From assembly GCA_030704615.1 (NCBI GenBank), contig CM060734.1, positions 10,850,001 through 10,914,000 on the forward strand: a DNA stretch of 64,000 nt, given 5' to 3'. The position numbers and the translations under genes are program-made. Positions 40,301 to 52,850 of this stretch are shown here, piece by piece (the first letter of the stretch is position 1; each line of letters starts with the position of its first letter). The stretch is from Takakia lepidozioides. Taxonomy: Eukaryota > Plantae > Bryophyta. The notes below the pieces were generated by a model. It saw only the letters and a list, made by a program, of their open reading frames with translations, ran no database searches and was not told the origin of the DNA.

Positions 40301-41486
40301 AGGGTGGATGAGGAAGCCCCTCGATGTGGAAGGAAGAGGAGGATGCACGAACCAAAGACATCGTTTTGCCCAAAAAATCGAAGAGGGTAAAATTGCCGAC
40401 CTTGGTGATTGAGCAAGCGCATGACTTCATACTGAAGAACAACCCATCCATACATGAGTGGGAGGCAAGATACAATAATCTTGTTCAACAACGAGAGAAG
40501 GAGACGCTTGCATGGAGGCGGAACCATCCAAGGCCGGTTACTAGACGCCCACGACGAGGAGCGGCCGCCGGAATGTTCCTTCACAAAATTTGCCCATGGA
40601 ATTGCAGCCTCTAAGTTCATTCCAACAGTGGCTTCGGACTTCATATTATGACGCCGTTGCTCAAGGAGAGGTGGTTTCAGATTTGGTGCAAGACATTGCA
40701 AGGGGCCCCTCTCAATTCGCGACCTCATACACGGCGGTTTGGGTTCACGGTCGTCATTTCCGCATTCGTGCTCTTGACATGAAGCGCAAAACAACCTTTG
40801 ATTCTGGCTTGGCAAGACTCCGTGTGGGGCAAGAGAGATACACGACCTGCTATGAGCAAACTTGAGTACATTGGAGAGCTTGAGAGCATACTCCAACTTC
40901 AGTATACAAGGTACCGGCCTCTTCTCTTCAAGGGAAGGTGGTTCCAGCCATATCTTGTGGGGCCCTCCGCAACACTAGTGCAAGATGATTGTGGTTTCAT
41001 GCGCGTCAATATAGATAGGCTCAACCCTACTCATCGTCCCTCCGATGAGCCTTTTTCACGGCCTTCAGACATGGAGCAAGTTTTCTTCTCCGATGACAAA
41101 ACAAGAGGGGGAATTGGAAGGTGGTTGTGCATGCTCAGCCAAGAGGAAGACGTATCTATCATGGTCTCGGATCTCCATGGGGTGAGGCAATTGCGGTGGA
41201 CGGAGAGACTGGTCATAATGATGCTGATGATGGAGGTTGGGTAAAGGGGGTAGAAGAGGATGATGACGCCTCGGACAATGTATCATGGACCCTATATGAT
41301 GAAGCTCTAGAAGATACGGATGTTGGAGAAGGAGACAAAGACACGGCCATTGACAACGAGGTGGAGGATGATTCGGAGGTGCCTTTTGAGGGCCGGGCCA
41401 TTTATGACGATGACTCCGATGACCAAGAAGACTTGCAGCTTGATGAGGATGAAGAGGCTCCGGATGATGATGTTCAAGTTGATTAG
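37400..41486 (+). pseudogene. CACTA TnpD/Tnp2-type transposase, spliced and frameshifted
   Basis: IFHACPCD; YFPIIPRL..LMRWH..DSQAW..GFSSDGVNPF..STWPV..YNIPP; WTMHDYPG; MHIEKNV; LKSHDYH; PPSFFDIQVHL; ERYMKTLK..PEGSMAEGY; YIGELESIL..LFKGRW. Confidence 0.93.
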
Positions 41487-42571
41487 ACACAAAATCAAAG
41501 CTACATAACAATTCTCGCACCGAACTGGACCCATCCCTTCGATTGATTGTACATGTACATGCATATTGTACTTTATTTCTATGATTCATCAAATATGGCT
41601 GTGGCTGGTAGTCTTTCAAGAAAGAAGGCAGAGGCAATGAATATGTTGGAGCAACACATACAGATGTGGTATCCAAAGAATTATCAAAATGAATGTCACA
41701 ATCTACAAGAAGGTCCACAACAACAAGCTAAACCATAAAGAAAAACAAACACCCTACCCCAGTACCATATGGAAAAAAAAAAAACTAAGAACCCCAAAGG
41801 CCCTAAACCTAAACCTAGAAAGCCCTGCTGTCGCTGCCTGCGACCCCCACGCGGCGCCACCTGCGACGCGGTTTTTAGGCCGAGGGTCGCAAAGACCCGT
41901 TTTTTTTTTTTGGCAAGATAGGGCAGCCGGGCAGTTTGCGACGCTCGGCCGTCGCAGGGGCCTTTTGCCCTTCATGCCACCATGCGACGGCCTGGCGTCA
42001 CAAGAAAGGGCTGCGATGAAAGAAATGGCAAGAAAGGGTTTTTTTTTTCCCGGCGTGCGACAAGCGGCCGTCGCCAGAAAGGGCTGCCTTCTGCCCTTCG
42101 CTGGGAGCGACACTTGGGCGTCGCACGGAAGGGCTGCCATTTGCCCTTCATCACTCCGTGTGATGGCCAGGCGTCGCCGTCTGGCCCCGGTGCCAGGTGG
42201 CGACCCACGGGGTTTGGCTGCGACGGCCCGGCGTCGCAAACACGCTCCGCGGGTTTGGCGTCGCAGGCGCCGCGCGGGGCGTGGGGGCGCGGCTGGTGTC
42301 GCAAACCCCCCCCCCCCCCCCCCCATTTGCTGTAGTGTTGGCATGAATTCTAGTCTGGTATCGTGCAGAAGAGTCTGGTACTTTCCCTTACCTTAGAACT
42401 GCTCATCTTGTCTTGCGCCTGCCTTGGTTTGTATCCCGACCGAGGGACTGAGTTGCGCCTCACAGCCTGCTTGCCTCCTCATAGGCAGCCAACTGAAAAT
42501 GAAGTCAGGATTACGAAAGGAAGAGAACAGGGGCTGTCACTTTCTTCTCGCCTGCACTAACCTGCTGTTGT

Positions 42572-43681
42572 GTGGCCATGAGTGATGTAGGCATGGATGA
42601 TCCATTATACGATGCTCTTCTCCATAGGTGCAAAACCGGCACCCACCTTAGTGGCATATCCAAGCTGCCCATGAGGCAAGTCAACTATCACTTACCCAGC
42701 CACCGGGAAAGTGAAGGGAGATTTTTCATAGTCACTGCTTTGGAAGGTACCTCTGCTGTGGAAGTTCCTTCTAGGTCCGCTATCCCTGCTTTGCTCGAAT
42801 TGTACCATGCTTCTACTTATACTGGCCATTTGGGGGTTGCTAAAACTGTCAAGAGATTACAGGAGCAGTATCATTGGAAAGGCTTAGTTAAAGATGTCTC
42901 AGCTTTCATTGCAAGGTGTGTGCCCTGTCATGCTAAAACCATCCTACCTAGAACCGAAGCTCCCTTACCTTTGCATCCAATCCCGGTGACTGAACCATTT
43001 GCCAGGGTTGGCTTAGATCTAGTCGGACCCCTTAAATCCACATCCAAGGGCCATGCATACCTTGCGGTTGCTACGGACTACCTGACGAAATGGGTTGAGC
43101 TCCGACCTCTGGTTGCTAAGGATAGTGATGAGGTGGTGCAGTTCTTCTTTGATAAGGTGATACTTTGTCATGGTTGCCCTCTTGAAATCCTCACGGATCA
43201 AGGTACAAAGTTCTGCAACCAACTTATGAAGATTGTCTTGTTTAATCTCAACACTAAGCATGCCGTTACTGCTCCCTACAATCCCCAATGCAATGGTTTG
43301 AGAGAACGATTTAACAAAACTATATGCCAGATGCTCGAGAAGAATGGAACACTCATTGATGAATGGGATATTGCTGTGCCTATTCTGCTCTTTGCCTATA
43401 GGACTTCTATCCATGCCAGTACCAAAATCTCACCTTTCGAACTTTTGTATGGTAGGAAATGTAGAACTCCTTTGCATATCTCCTGGCTGCAGGTATCCGC
43501 TACTGAGCCAGAGAATTGGGAAGTCTTTTTGCTTTCCATGGATGCTAAACGACGTAGTTTGCGTGAAACTGCAAAATCTAACATTGTGTTTGCCCAAGCT
43601 GCTCAGGCCAAGAATTACAACAGACGTGTTGTGTATTCTGAGTCATTCAAGGTAGGCCAGTCTGTATGTGTCAGGCTCTAG
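42572..43681 (+). mobile_element. Ty3/Gypsy integrase (continuation of the 20146-21584 element)
   Basis: HHCC (YHAS..GHLG..CVPC); GLDLVGPL; ATDYLTKWVE; ILTDQGT; YNPQCNGLRERFN; SPFELLYGR. Confidence 0.95.
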
Positions 43682-44079
43682 CCTGGTAAGCAGATCTCTA
43701 AGGCCAAACGTAGAATTGATGGCCCTTACCTTATCTCTGATATTCTTCCTGGCAGGCAGTATGTCTTGCTCCCCCAGCATGCCTCTACTCCTCACTTAGC
43801 TAGTTCCATTCATGTTTCATTGCTTGTTCCATGCACTCTTACTTTTGATCTAACCTGTTTGAATGTTGAGAACCGTCAGGTGATCTTCACCCCCACAGCT
43901 CGAACAGCTCGCACTCAAACCATGGCATCTTCTTCTTTAGAGTAGTCTTTGAATTTCGTGCTAGTTTTCTGCACCAATTGTAGCACTTGGGGTTTTTCCT
44001 ATGGGATGTTTTGCCCTCCACCCAGCATGCAGGGTGAGGTTTTCTTCCCTAGGTTTTTTCATCCCTTGTGTGCCGGGTG

Positions 44080-44657
44080 TGTAGTTTGTTTTGGCTAGGC
44101 TTCATTTTTGTTCTTCCTGAGCTCATCACTCGCAGGAGCTTGCAATTTCTTGTGGCCCCAACAGGCTTCACATATGTGGAGCTGGGATTCCTTCTCACCT
44201 TCCTTTTCAACGTGGATGAATGGAGGAGGGATGCGCTCCGGATGATTTAGGGATGGGCGGAGCCAGGATGAAGTTTGGATGAACTTATACCTTGCGCATG
44301 AGGATGAGCTGGCAACAGCTGATGACTTTATTAGGTGCTGTCTTATTCTAACAGCTAGTTTAGGATTAGATTAGGATGGATCTGGGTGATCTGGCTTCTT
44401 TCTATGGCTATGCTGGAAGGGCATCTGGTGGGCCTATATGTAAGTGTCACGCGGCACTAGGATTAGATTATGACCTAATACTATTTAAGCCTCACTGCCG
44501 TGGCAGTGAGGGTGGTGGCTTTTTGGGTCTTACGCGAGTGTACGCTTGGTGTAACGACGTGCTTAAGTGTGTGGATGAATGCGTTTTGGAAGTCCGACTC
44601 TGTTGCGTCCTCTTCGTGAGATTCTGTCTTCTCTGCCAGGCCCATCTATCGACTACA
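44080..44657 (+). repeat. Probable 3' LTR of the Gypsy element (~578 bp)
   Basis: Inverted termini TGTAGT...ACTACA and a TATA-like ctatttaag near 44481, downstream of the integrase. The PPT is weak and no partner LTR is in the window. Confidence 0.55.
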
Positions 44658-45078
44658 TTCCCCAGATAGGATTAAGTCCGGTAGAGGAAGGGGAACAAAC
44701 CCATAGCGCCGGAATTAGGCTTCACAACCCTTTTGATCAAATTTAAATTAAGAGTTTAACAAAATGGTGGAAAAAATAACCACCCTAGGGCCGTGAAGGC
44801 TTACTGAGGGGGAACATCCCCGAAATTTTATGTATTTACACAATTAATTAAATAGCCACGATTATTGCTACGACTCCGGAGTCATTGACCCAACTTCTAT
44901 CCGCCGTCTGAAATGCCCCCGTGGGCCTTCATTGTCCATTACGACTCTCTAGTAGTCCCGTTTACTGCCAAGTGGTTCCCGGAGTGGTTGGCAGACGCCG
45001 AGTCGATTCGGAAAAGACACGAATGCTTCTAGTGTCAATTCAGGATCTCTCCGTGAGCCTGCCCCTGATGTGGCCCCC

Positions 45079-46598
45079 ATGAACTTTACACTTAGATCTT
45101 GGAACATCCGTGGCATTGGCTCAGATGCCACGACACCCAAGCATGCTAAGATTAAGTGTTGGGCCTCTCAGATTCTCACCCCCCTTCCATCTCTTTGATT
45201 CAAGAACATAAGTTAACTCTTGCTAAAATCTCCTCACTGGGAAACCAGGTCTGGCCCGCCTCGGCAGCCAAATGGAATCCCTCCATTGTGGACTCCCGAG
45301 GCGGTAAGGCCTTTTGGATCAGCCCGGTGCTTCTCCCCTCGATCTTGCATAATAAAATCTGGATTCAAGGCAGGATTCAGTGTCTTTTCATCAACCTTCC
45401 CAATAATTGTGGTTCTCTTGGGATAATCAATGTGTATGCCCCTAATTGCTCAGCTGAACGCTCCCAATGTTGGGCCCTTATCAAATCCAAAATTCTAGCT
45501 GTGCATAAGACCGACCACTGGCTAGGATTTTAACATGGTGGAAGTGCCTTCTGATAGATTTGGTAATTCTCTGCAGGACTTCCCTTCTTCAGAACGAAAT
45601 TTGTGGGAATGGCTGATTCTATCTGCGGGTTTTGCAGACCATTACTCCTCCTCCCTCTCCCCCGCTTTTTCTTGGACAAACAACAGGGCTCCACCAGACT
45701 TGGGCCATGGCGCGCTTGGACAAAATATATATCTCCTCCTCTGCCGGTTCCTGGGCTCATTATTCCCCCATGGGCCATGTGCTCCCTTCTTTTGACCATG
45801 CAGAGGTTGGGGCTAGAATTTCCTCCCCGGGGCCTAGGGCTAGAGGAAGAGGGTTCCCAAATATCAATGCTTCGATGCTTAAAATCCCTAGCTATGTGGA
45901 GTCCTTGAATTCTTGCTGGTCATCCTCGGGAAACTCTTTTTCCTCTCTTACTCTTAGATTTTTGCGTAAGCTTGAAGCCTGTAGGAAGTTAGCTCTTCTT
46001 CTCACTAAAGACTTGGCCCTCCGTAGCTCTGCCAAAGAGGGGGTTTATTAAATGTATTGCGGTATGCCAAAAGAGGTTGGAAAAAAATAGACCTAGCCCT
46101 TCTACCCTTGCTTCCCTTTTGGAAGCCAAACGGGGGCTCTTGGCTACTCAAAAGGCAAAAGAGGATTTTATTAGGGTCAGGGCTGGTGTGAACTGGTCCC
46201 TTAAAGGCAAACGTATGTCTAAATATTTCTTTTCCAAGACTAAGCAACGTTCGCAATCCAATTCTGCTTTGGCTGACTGCAATGGTACATTGGTAACAGA
46301 ACCTAGGGCCCTCAATGATATTGCTTCAAGCTTCTTTGCCTCTCTATTTAAGTGTGGCCCTCCCTTTGTGCTGGAAGAAACGGCTCGCAAATCTGCCTGG
46401 GACTGCATCCCTTGCAAGATCTCAAATGCCCAAGCTCATGCTGAGTGAAGCCTTCACGGTAATTGAGTTAGAGGATGCCCTTCTTGAGCTTAAGGATTTC
46501 AAAGCCCCTGGTTTGGATGGGGTTCCAGCCGAGTTTTATAAGGCCTTGTGGTCTTCTATCTCGAAGGACTTTATTAAAATGGTGAATGACATTGCTGC
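45079..46598 (+). mobile_element. L1-type LINE ORF2 fragment (AP endonuclease and start of RT), 3'-truncated
   Basis: SWNIRG; LIQEHKL; INVYAPN; FSW; ARLDKIYIS; FDH; KAPGLDGVPAEFYK. Confidence 0.9.
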
Positions 46599-46830
46599 CA
46601 ACGACGCTACCACATGAGCCTGGCGCGTGAGCGTACGCTCACACAACGGTGATGTGGCATGAGCCTACGCTCATGTTGCTGACGTGGCACTGATGCTGAC
46701 ATGGCGTGAGCCGGGCCCAGGTCATGCCACATCACCACAAAGAAGGTGGGCCTATAACCGTGGAGCCTACAACTGGGGATTTCACCACATGAAGGTGAAA
46801 CGGGTTAAGGGTTTCGGGCGTCCGGAGAGT

Positions 46831-46982
46831 TCAACCTTGTGTTAACACGAGGTTGATTCCTAGAACTCAAACCAACCTTGTGTTAACACGAGGTTGTTTT
46901 CCTAGAACTGAATTCAACCTTGTGTCAACACAAGGTTGATTTGGAGAACTTCAAATCAACCTCGTGTTAACACGAGGTTGAT
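46831..46982. repeat. Four palindromic TCAACCTyGTGTTAACACGAGGTTGA units, ~42-bp period
   Basis: Directly visible; the same motif recurs at 59868-60336. Confidence 0.85.
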
Positions 46983-48122
46983 TTTCGAGAATGTCCATTT
47001 GAAGGAAGCTTGTTGTGTTTGCAAATGAACAGAGGAGGACGAACGAATGCGACAAATTTGTAGACCCACGCATTGGGAAGATGTTAGAGGACATACACTG
47101 AGAGACACTGGACTTCAACACTCATTCCATCACAAATAGTAGTCAAGGAAAATTCCGATTTCTTCATGGCAAGTGCATGCTGTCTATGTGCTTGTATCCC
47201 GCTGTAGAAGTGTGTTGACTTCGTTGAAACTCATAGTGGCTTGGTGAATGAAGAAGTCGCGCTTCGGAGGGTGTTTGCAAGCTAGGATGGACCACAATGG
47301 AAAACAGTTTAGAGGTGCACTTTTTGAATACTCCCCAAATCCACTTTCATATGGAAAAAAAACATAAAAGATAAAGAGCTATGGACTAATTTATAGGTAA
47401 AAAGTAGATCAATTTTCATTTGTCCATATTTTTTCAAATAAGGGGATTTTGGGGTTTTACACTTTTCTAAAGAGGTGTAGGATAACGTGGGGAAGGTGCA
47501 CCAGGTGTCATATGGAAAATTCCGTTGAAATAATGGATTTCATATGCACAGTCAGGTGCCACGGATGCAATGACGTGTCGGTTTAGGGATTTACATATAT
47601 ATATATATATATATATAACTGTTTCGTGGCCGGGGAGTTTCAAAACGGTCGTGAAAGGGCGCGTATCGGGATTTGCTCGCACACCTGCTGTGTTTCGTGT
47701 TTCGTCCTCTTTCTTGTAATGCGAGTTGCTCGCATTGTTGGAATCTGTTTCATTCTCTTGCATTGTGGCCCTGCTTCTACACTTTGGTGAGGTGTGTCGA
47801 AGCGAGTTGTGTGCAGGTTCATTACAATGCTGATATATGATTCGGATGATGAATACCTAAGCTGCGATGATCTAGAATTAGAAGTATTGAGTTTGAATGT
47901 TTGTGGAACCTCTGAATGCTTGCCTTTTGCCTCGTTCCCCACATTTGTAGTGGAGCCGTTGCCGTGGTACTGCATAGACTACCCCATGCCTGGCGACTTC
48001 CTTCTGTATCATGTATCAGAGCAGACACATCCATAGGGAGTCAACATTCTTCCGGTGTCTTCAGAAATGAGGAACAAAGTGTTTGATGATTGGGTGTTGT
48101 GTGTGAGGTGTAGATGCATATA

Positions 48123-48126
<4 letters not shown>

Positions 48127-48164
<38 letters not shown>
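48127..48164. repeat. (TA)n microsatellite
   Basis: Direct read; a shorter (TA)n run lies at ~47595-47617. Confidence 0.9.
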
Positions 48165-48168
<4 letters not shown>

Positions 48169-49778
48169 TTATTTTTTTTTCAGATCGTTTTTTATCATAA
48201 GACAAGCGGTTTCGGCATTGTACTGCCAAAATAGGTTGGTTTGTTAGTTGTCTGGAAATCGTTGGTAAAGCACGTAGGAAATTAGACAATGTCTGCGACG
48301 ACCATTGAGTGGAACTCTGGCGTCAAGATGACCGTAGGAAGCTGCATCGACAGCAGATTAGGCTGCCAATTCGGTACTAGAAACGGCGAGTTAATCCTGT
48401 TCAAACAATACAGGACGACTGTTCCAGTCCCAGATTGCGATCTCTCTTTTCTCCCGCCTTTCAAGTCCAGTAGAACACACGGCAAGGAGCTTGGCAATTG
48501 GTGGAAGCGACATGTATAGCGATGAAATATCGCAACAAAGCAATTGGCCGCATCGGAATGACAGCAAGCCAGGACGACTTCAAACGGCAAAGCGTGGACT
48601 TGTTAGCGGTGTGGGATAACTGGAGGGGACTCCAGACAACCTATGACTCAGTGGCAGGGTCAAAGACCCCAGAGCCATCACCAGGGATTTGATTTCCAAA
48701 TATACCACAAAATCTATGTGTAACGAAAATACGATGAATGGCGAGAAGCACAACTTTTTACCACCGATGGAGCTGAGAATTTACAGGCTGATACGAGGTA
48801 TATAATTGTAGTTTGTCACCAAGTTTGGTAATTTATGGAGCTGATTAGCAGCGGGGCCAAATTATTGAGTTGACGGCACTCACAAGGCCTATTATTTGCA
48901 TTTCTATTTCTTGGATGGATGAAAAATCCTAGAATTCGCCTTGAGGAGCTGGATGGATGAAATGACAACTCGCGCCAACTGGTCATCCAATTGGATGGAT
49001 GAAAATACAGCTTTCATTTGCCTCTACGACTTTTCATCCATGTGGAATAGTATATTATAGATCCTCCAAAGAAACAATAGTTTAATGAATATTTTCCATT
49101 AGTCTATTAGGCACAACAACAGTATAAAAGAGGGGGCAAGGCTTCTCTTATTCTTCATCTAGCTCATTTGCTTAGTTTCCTCTTGCTTGTTGTTGTAGTG
49201 CTTGCTAGCTTTTGGCTTGAGGAGGGGCTAGATCCTAGGGAGTGGAGTCTCGCATAGAAAGGTTGATCCCATCTTACCATTTCACCATTTGTGTATGTGA
49301 TTCATTTATTTTCCAAGCAAAACTTGAAGTTGAAAATCTGATTTAGACTCTTCAAAAGAGGAGAGTGCATTGTGGAATCCCATTATTTCATGTCTAGAAG
49401 TGACAAGGGAAAGACCCCCATAGTCTATTGGGAAGGGCACCAATAGTGGCTTGTATTTGAATTGTTGGAAGAATGAATCTTTGTGTTTGATTACTAATTT
49501 GAAATATAGCCAGCCCAGGCAAAGGCAGGCCAGTAGGCTGGATCTATGAGATCAGGCCACTATAAGGCCACTATGTGCTAATTCCCCCCCCCCACTAGCA
49601 AGCCATGGAGGCCTAGGGGAGGGTGGGTTGTATTTTTTTGTATTGGGGTTTGGGTGGGCTAATTTCGCTTGACAGCAGCTGCCCCAAAGTCGCGAGCAGC
49701 CCGGGAGGAGCCTGGGTGCTGCGCCTAGAAAGTAGGGACTCGATTACTAAAAGCGTGGAGGCAGCCGTGGCCCAGCCA

Positions 49779-51314
49779 TGACGTACGGGAGCGGGGCCTC
49801 AACGCTGACCTGAAGTCGTAATGAGATCAAGTACATCAGCCGCGTGGCTCAGGCTTGAGGCCCTGAAGCGTGCGAGCAGGGTACGGGTCTTTACCCGCTG
49901 GATAACCAAAAGTTGAGACGGACCGGCGGACACTGGCATTAACCGTAGCGGTCCAAACCCACGGTTTGGACCGCTACGCGCGGATCTGCGCCCCGCCACG
50001 TGGCGGGGGCATTTTACCCAGCGGGCAATGTGTTTGCAAATTCCCTTAAAGGGGGGTATTTTTACCCTTAGCTATTAGATTCAATTTATACCCCTCTAAG
50101 GGTTAGGAGCCATTATCTAAGGCGCCAGTGGTAGATAAAATCTAGGATTTTGGGAGGACGTAGCCTTAGAGGGGATCGTTCTTAGGACTCCAAGAGAGAG
50201 CCAAGCGGGCCTGGGAGCAGTGAGCTAGAGGCGGAGACCTCGAGAGACAAGGGAGGAGATAAAGTACTTTGTCCTAAAAACTCGGCTACAGTGAGCCTTT
50301 GTGTCAGAGCCCAAGGTAGAGGATGACTTTTTCCACGGAGGGAAAGCGCACCAGCACCTTCAAATAATGTAAGGGAGGTGAAATCTGGCTTGGACCCACC
50401 ATTGGTTATTTTATTATTTACGCGTACATGTTCTGGACTAACGAATGTAGTGGCAGGGATGAGTTCTCAGCGAGATTCATTCATCGGATAGAGCCGCGGC
50501 AGTTCCCTGCGGCAGGGAACGGTACCCGGGTGTTCCTCGGTTCTCATTGGGTTCCCACAGGGTTCCCAAGGGCATCTTTAGGCGCCAAGGGTATCTTTGG
50601 ATTCCCCACACGATTTCCCATAGGGAGGGTATTTTTTCTGATTTTCTTAATTTCTTTTATTTTCCAACATTTCTGATTTGCGAAATTGCTTAAATAGGAT
50701 AGATGCACGTGGTACTCGTTATAGCCTGCAGGGCGTTGATTAAACCGATTGAACTTGTTGAGTTGAGGGGCTTAGAACCACCTTATTGAACTTGGTGAAC
50801 CTATTGGATGACGATAGGCATTTTGGTCACTCATTTGCTAACACAAAGTATTTAGGCACTGGGGTAGGAAGCGTTGGCCCTTCCATTAGAGGTGACTTGA
50901 ACTCAAGCCCTCGGCGAAGGAGGGGCATTGGGAGAGGAAGATTTTTCCTCTTCTTCATAGGCTCGGCAGGTGCCTTGTGAAGGGATTAAAACATGTCCCG
51001 GCTATAGGCGGCTCGGGGGCCTAGGCAGTAGGAATTAGACAATAAAACACAAAGACTTGGAAAGCAGTTACTGAGTAGATTGTAGGATACCGTAGGACTT
51101 AGAAACGCAAACTCGTCCTATGAAGAGGAGGACGTGATTTATCTTTGCCGGTAGGACTTAGATAGTGATCATAGCCACCATGTACGACCACGGACCCCCT
51201 GCACTAACCGCAGTCGGGTAGGCGGTTCAGTGAGCCCAACCTATACCACAACTTATCTCAGCCCCCCTAGACTACTATGCCGTCACCCTGACCGCGCGCG
51301 CTCAGGGCTCGTCA
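49779..51314 (+). repeat. LTR-like repeat W, copy 1 (1536 bp)
   Basis: TGACG...CGTCA inverted termini; ~49940-51314 is nearly identical to 53943-55308. No PBS, PPT or TSD recognised. Confidence 0.75.
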
Positions 51315-51565
51315 TATGAATGATGCGTCTGCCGGGAGGTAAGTGAATAGTCAGGACTTCTCCAAATTGTTATGGACGAACTAACAATATGTGTTCTCGT
51401 CCTGATTTGTTTCTATGCAATACTTTACTGTTTATTCATGATCTTATTCCATCAAGTGGAGATTGAGGAACCCCATGCACATGAAGATTAGAAGTTCTTG
51501 CATGAAGGTGTTTGGATCAGTGTTTATTGAAATTACTAACGTCAGGGCAATCATGAAGCTGAAGC

Positions 51566-52354
51566 ATGGCCACCGATCATATGGAAGCCCATCGTTTTTA
51601 CTTGTATTTTGAGGCACGCGTGGTGGGTCTTTACCGTGTTATTTCCGGCACCCGATCCGGCGAAGTGCGAACCGAAGATGCAATCGTAGTTTGCAGGTTA
51701 ATGCGCGGCCGCATACTGGACATCGCCGAAGAGTACCGAGGGTACTGGATCTCGGCCAAAGTAGGGCCATTGGGGGACAAGGCTCTCACTGCCCCCATCT
51801 CTTTTTTTTTCAGGTTTAATACATGTTGGCCCGGGTGCTACCAACCCCCCTTCTTAGGGAATCTCAATGTGCAATCCTCGTTCGAGGCACATCTCGCCTG
51901 GCAAGTGACGTATTTAGGGTGCTGCCCCTTGTGTCGCACCATCGCGGACAAAGGCATCGATTTCCATCGTCCTCTTCCCACTATTCGGAGGTCTGGGGAG
52001 GCCACCTCATTTTTGAGCAAAAAGAGTTTTATTGATCTTCCATTTGATTGGATGTGTTGGTTGTTTGGGTGTGGGTTAGAAGATTATCTGAAGGTAGAGG
52101 AACGCCTACCTCACCCGAACACTACTATCACCTACATTTGTCCACCCAGATTTTACAGCAGTCGCAGTGAGAGTGAGGCAGCACTAATCATCGAATTGAT
52201 CACCAACGGGCAGTTGGATGTGGCGCCCACCATACACGACATCACTTGGATTGAAGGATGTCCTTTAGTGGCTCCCAAAGGCGTCATTGCGGATCCAGAA
52301 CGACCACTGCCTCTTCTTCTTCTTAAAAGAAGAGCACATGGCTTCAATGAATAG
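51566..52354 (+). CDS. Uncharacterised 262-aa ORF in TE context
   Basis: Uninterrupted ATG-to-stop ORF with a CCPLC motif. No family recognised. Confidence 0.4.
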   Translation: MATDHMEAHRFYLYFEARVVGLYRVISGTRSGEVRTEDAIVVCRLMRGRILDIAEEYRGYWISAKVGPLGDKALTAPISFFFRFNTCWPGCYQPPFLGNLNVQSSFEAHLAWQVTYLGCCPLCRTIADKGIDFHRPLPTIRRSGEATSFLSKKSFIDLPFDWMCWLFGCGLEDYLKVEERLPHPNTTITYICPPRFYSSRSESEAALIIELITNGQLDVAPTIHDITWIEGCPLVAPKGVIADPERPLPLLLLKRRAHGFNE

Positions 52355-52467
52355 GTAGGACTGTCAACTGCTGACATATGTTGCATATTGCAAACAAGAC
52401 AACACCATTTTCAACGGCAATTGCAAAAAAAAAAAAAAAAACAATATCCCCTAAAGGTAGTGTGGTC

Positions 52468-52850
52468 TTTAGGGTTTAGGGTTTAGGGTCCACTGGCACC
52501 TGCGGGGAAAAAACAAATACCCTAAAAAAAACCCCAAAAAAACCCTTAAAATTAAAAAAAAAAACCCTGAAAATGGGTGTGCGGCACCACATACCTCTTT
52601 CAATGGCACTGCACACTAGAACAAAACCCTAAAAAAACCCTAAAAACTCTTAAAATCCTAAGAAAACCCAAAAAATAAAATAAAAAATAAAATCCTGAAA
52701 AGGGGTGTGCGGCACCGCACACCTCTTTGAGTGGCACCACACACTTAAAAAAAACCCTAAAAACCCGGAAAAACCTGAAAAAACAAGAAAAAAATTCAGT
52801 GGCATCTATGGGGAAAAAAACCCTAAGAACCATAAAGAAACCCTAAATAA
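52468..52850. repeat. Interstitial telomere-like (TTTAGGG)3 followed by degenerate AAACCCTAA-rich repeats
   Basis: tttagggtttagggtttaggg at 52468-52488; two copies of gggtgtgcggcacc..acctcttt. Confidence 0.7.

Larger units (their letters stand above)
21585..42337. mobile_element. CACTA (En/Spm) DNA transposon, 20,753 bp including nested insertions
   Basis: Termini CACTACAG / CTGTAGTG; 3-bp TSD TTG (21582-21584, 42338-42340); GCGACG/CGTCGC subterminal repeats at both ends. It splits Gypsy RNase H from integrase. Confidence 0.95.
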
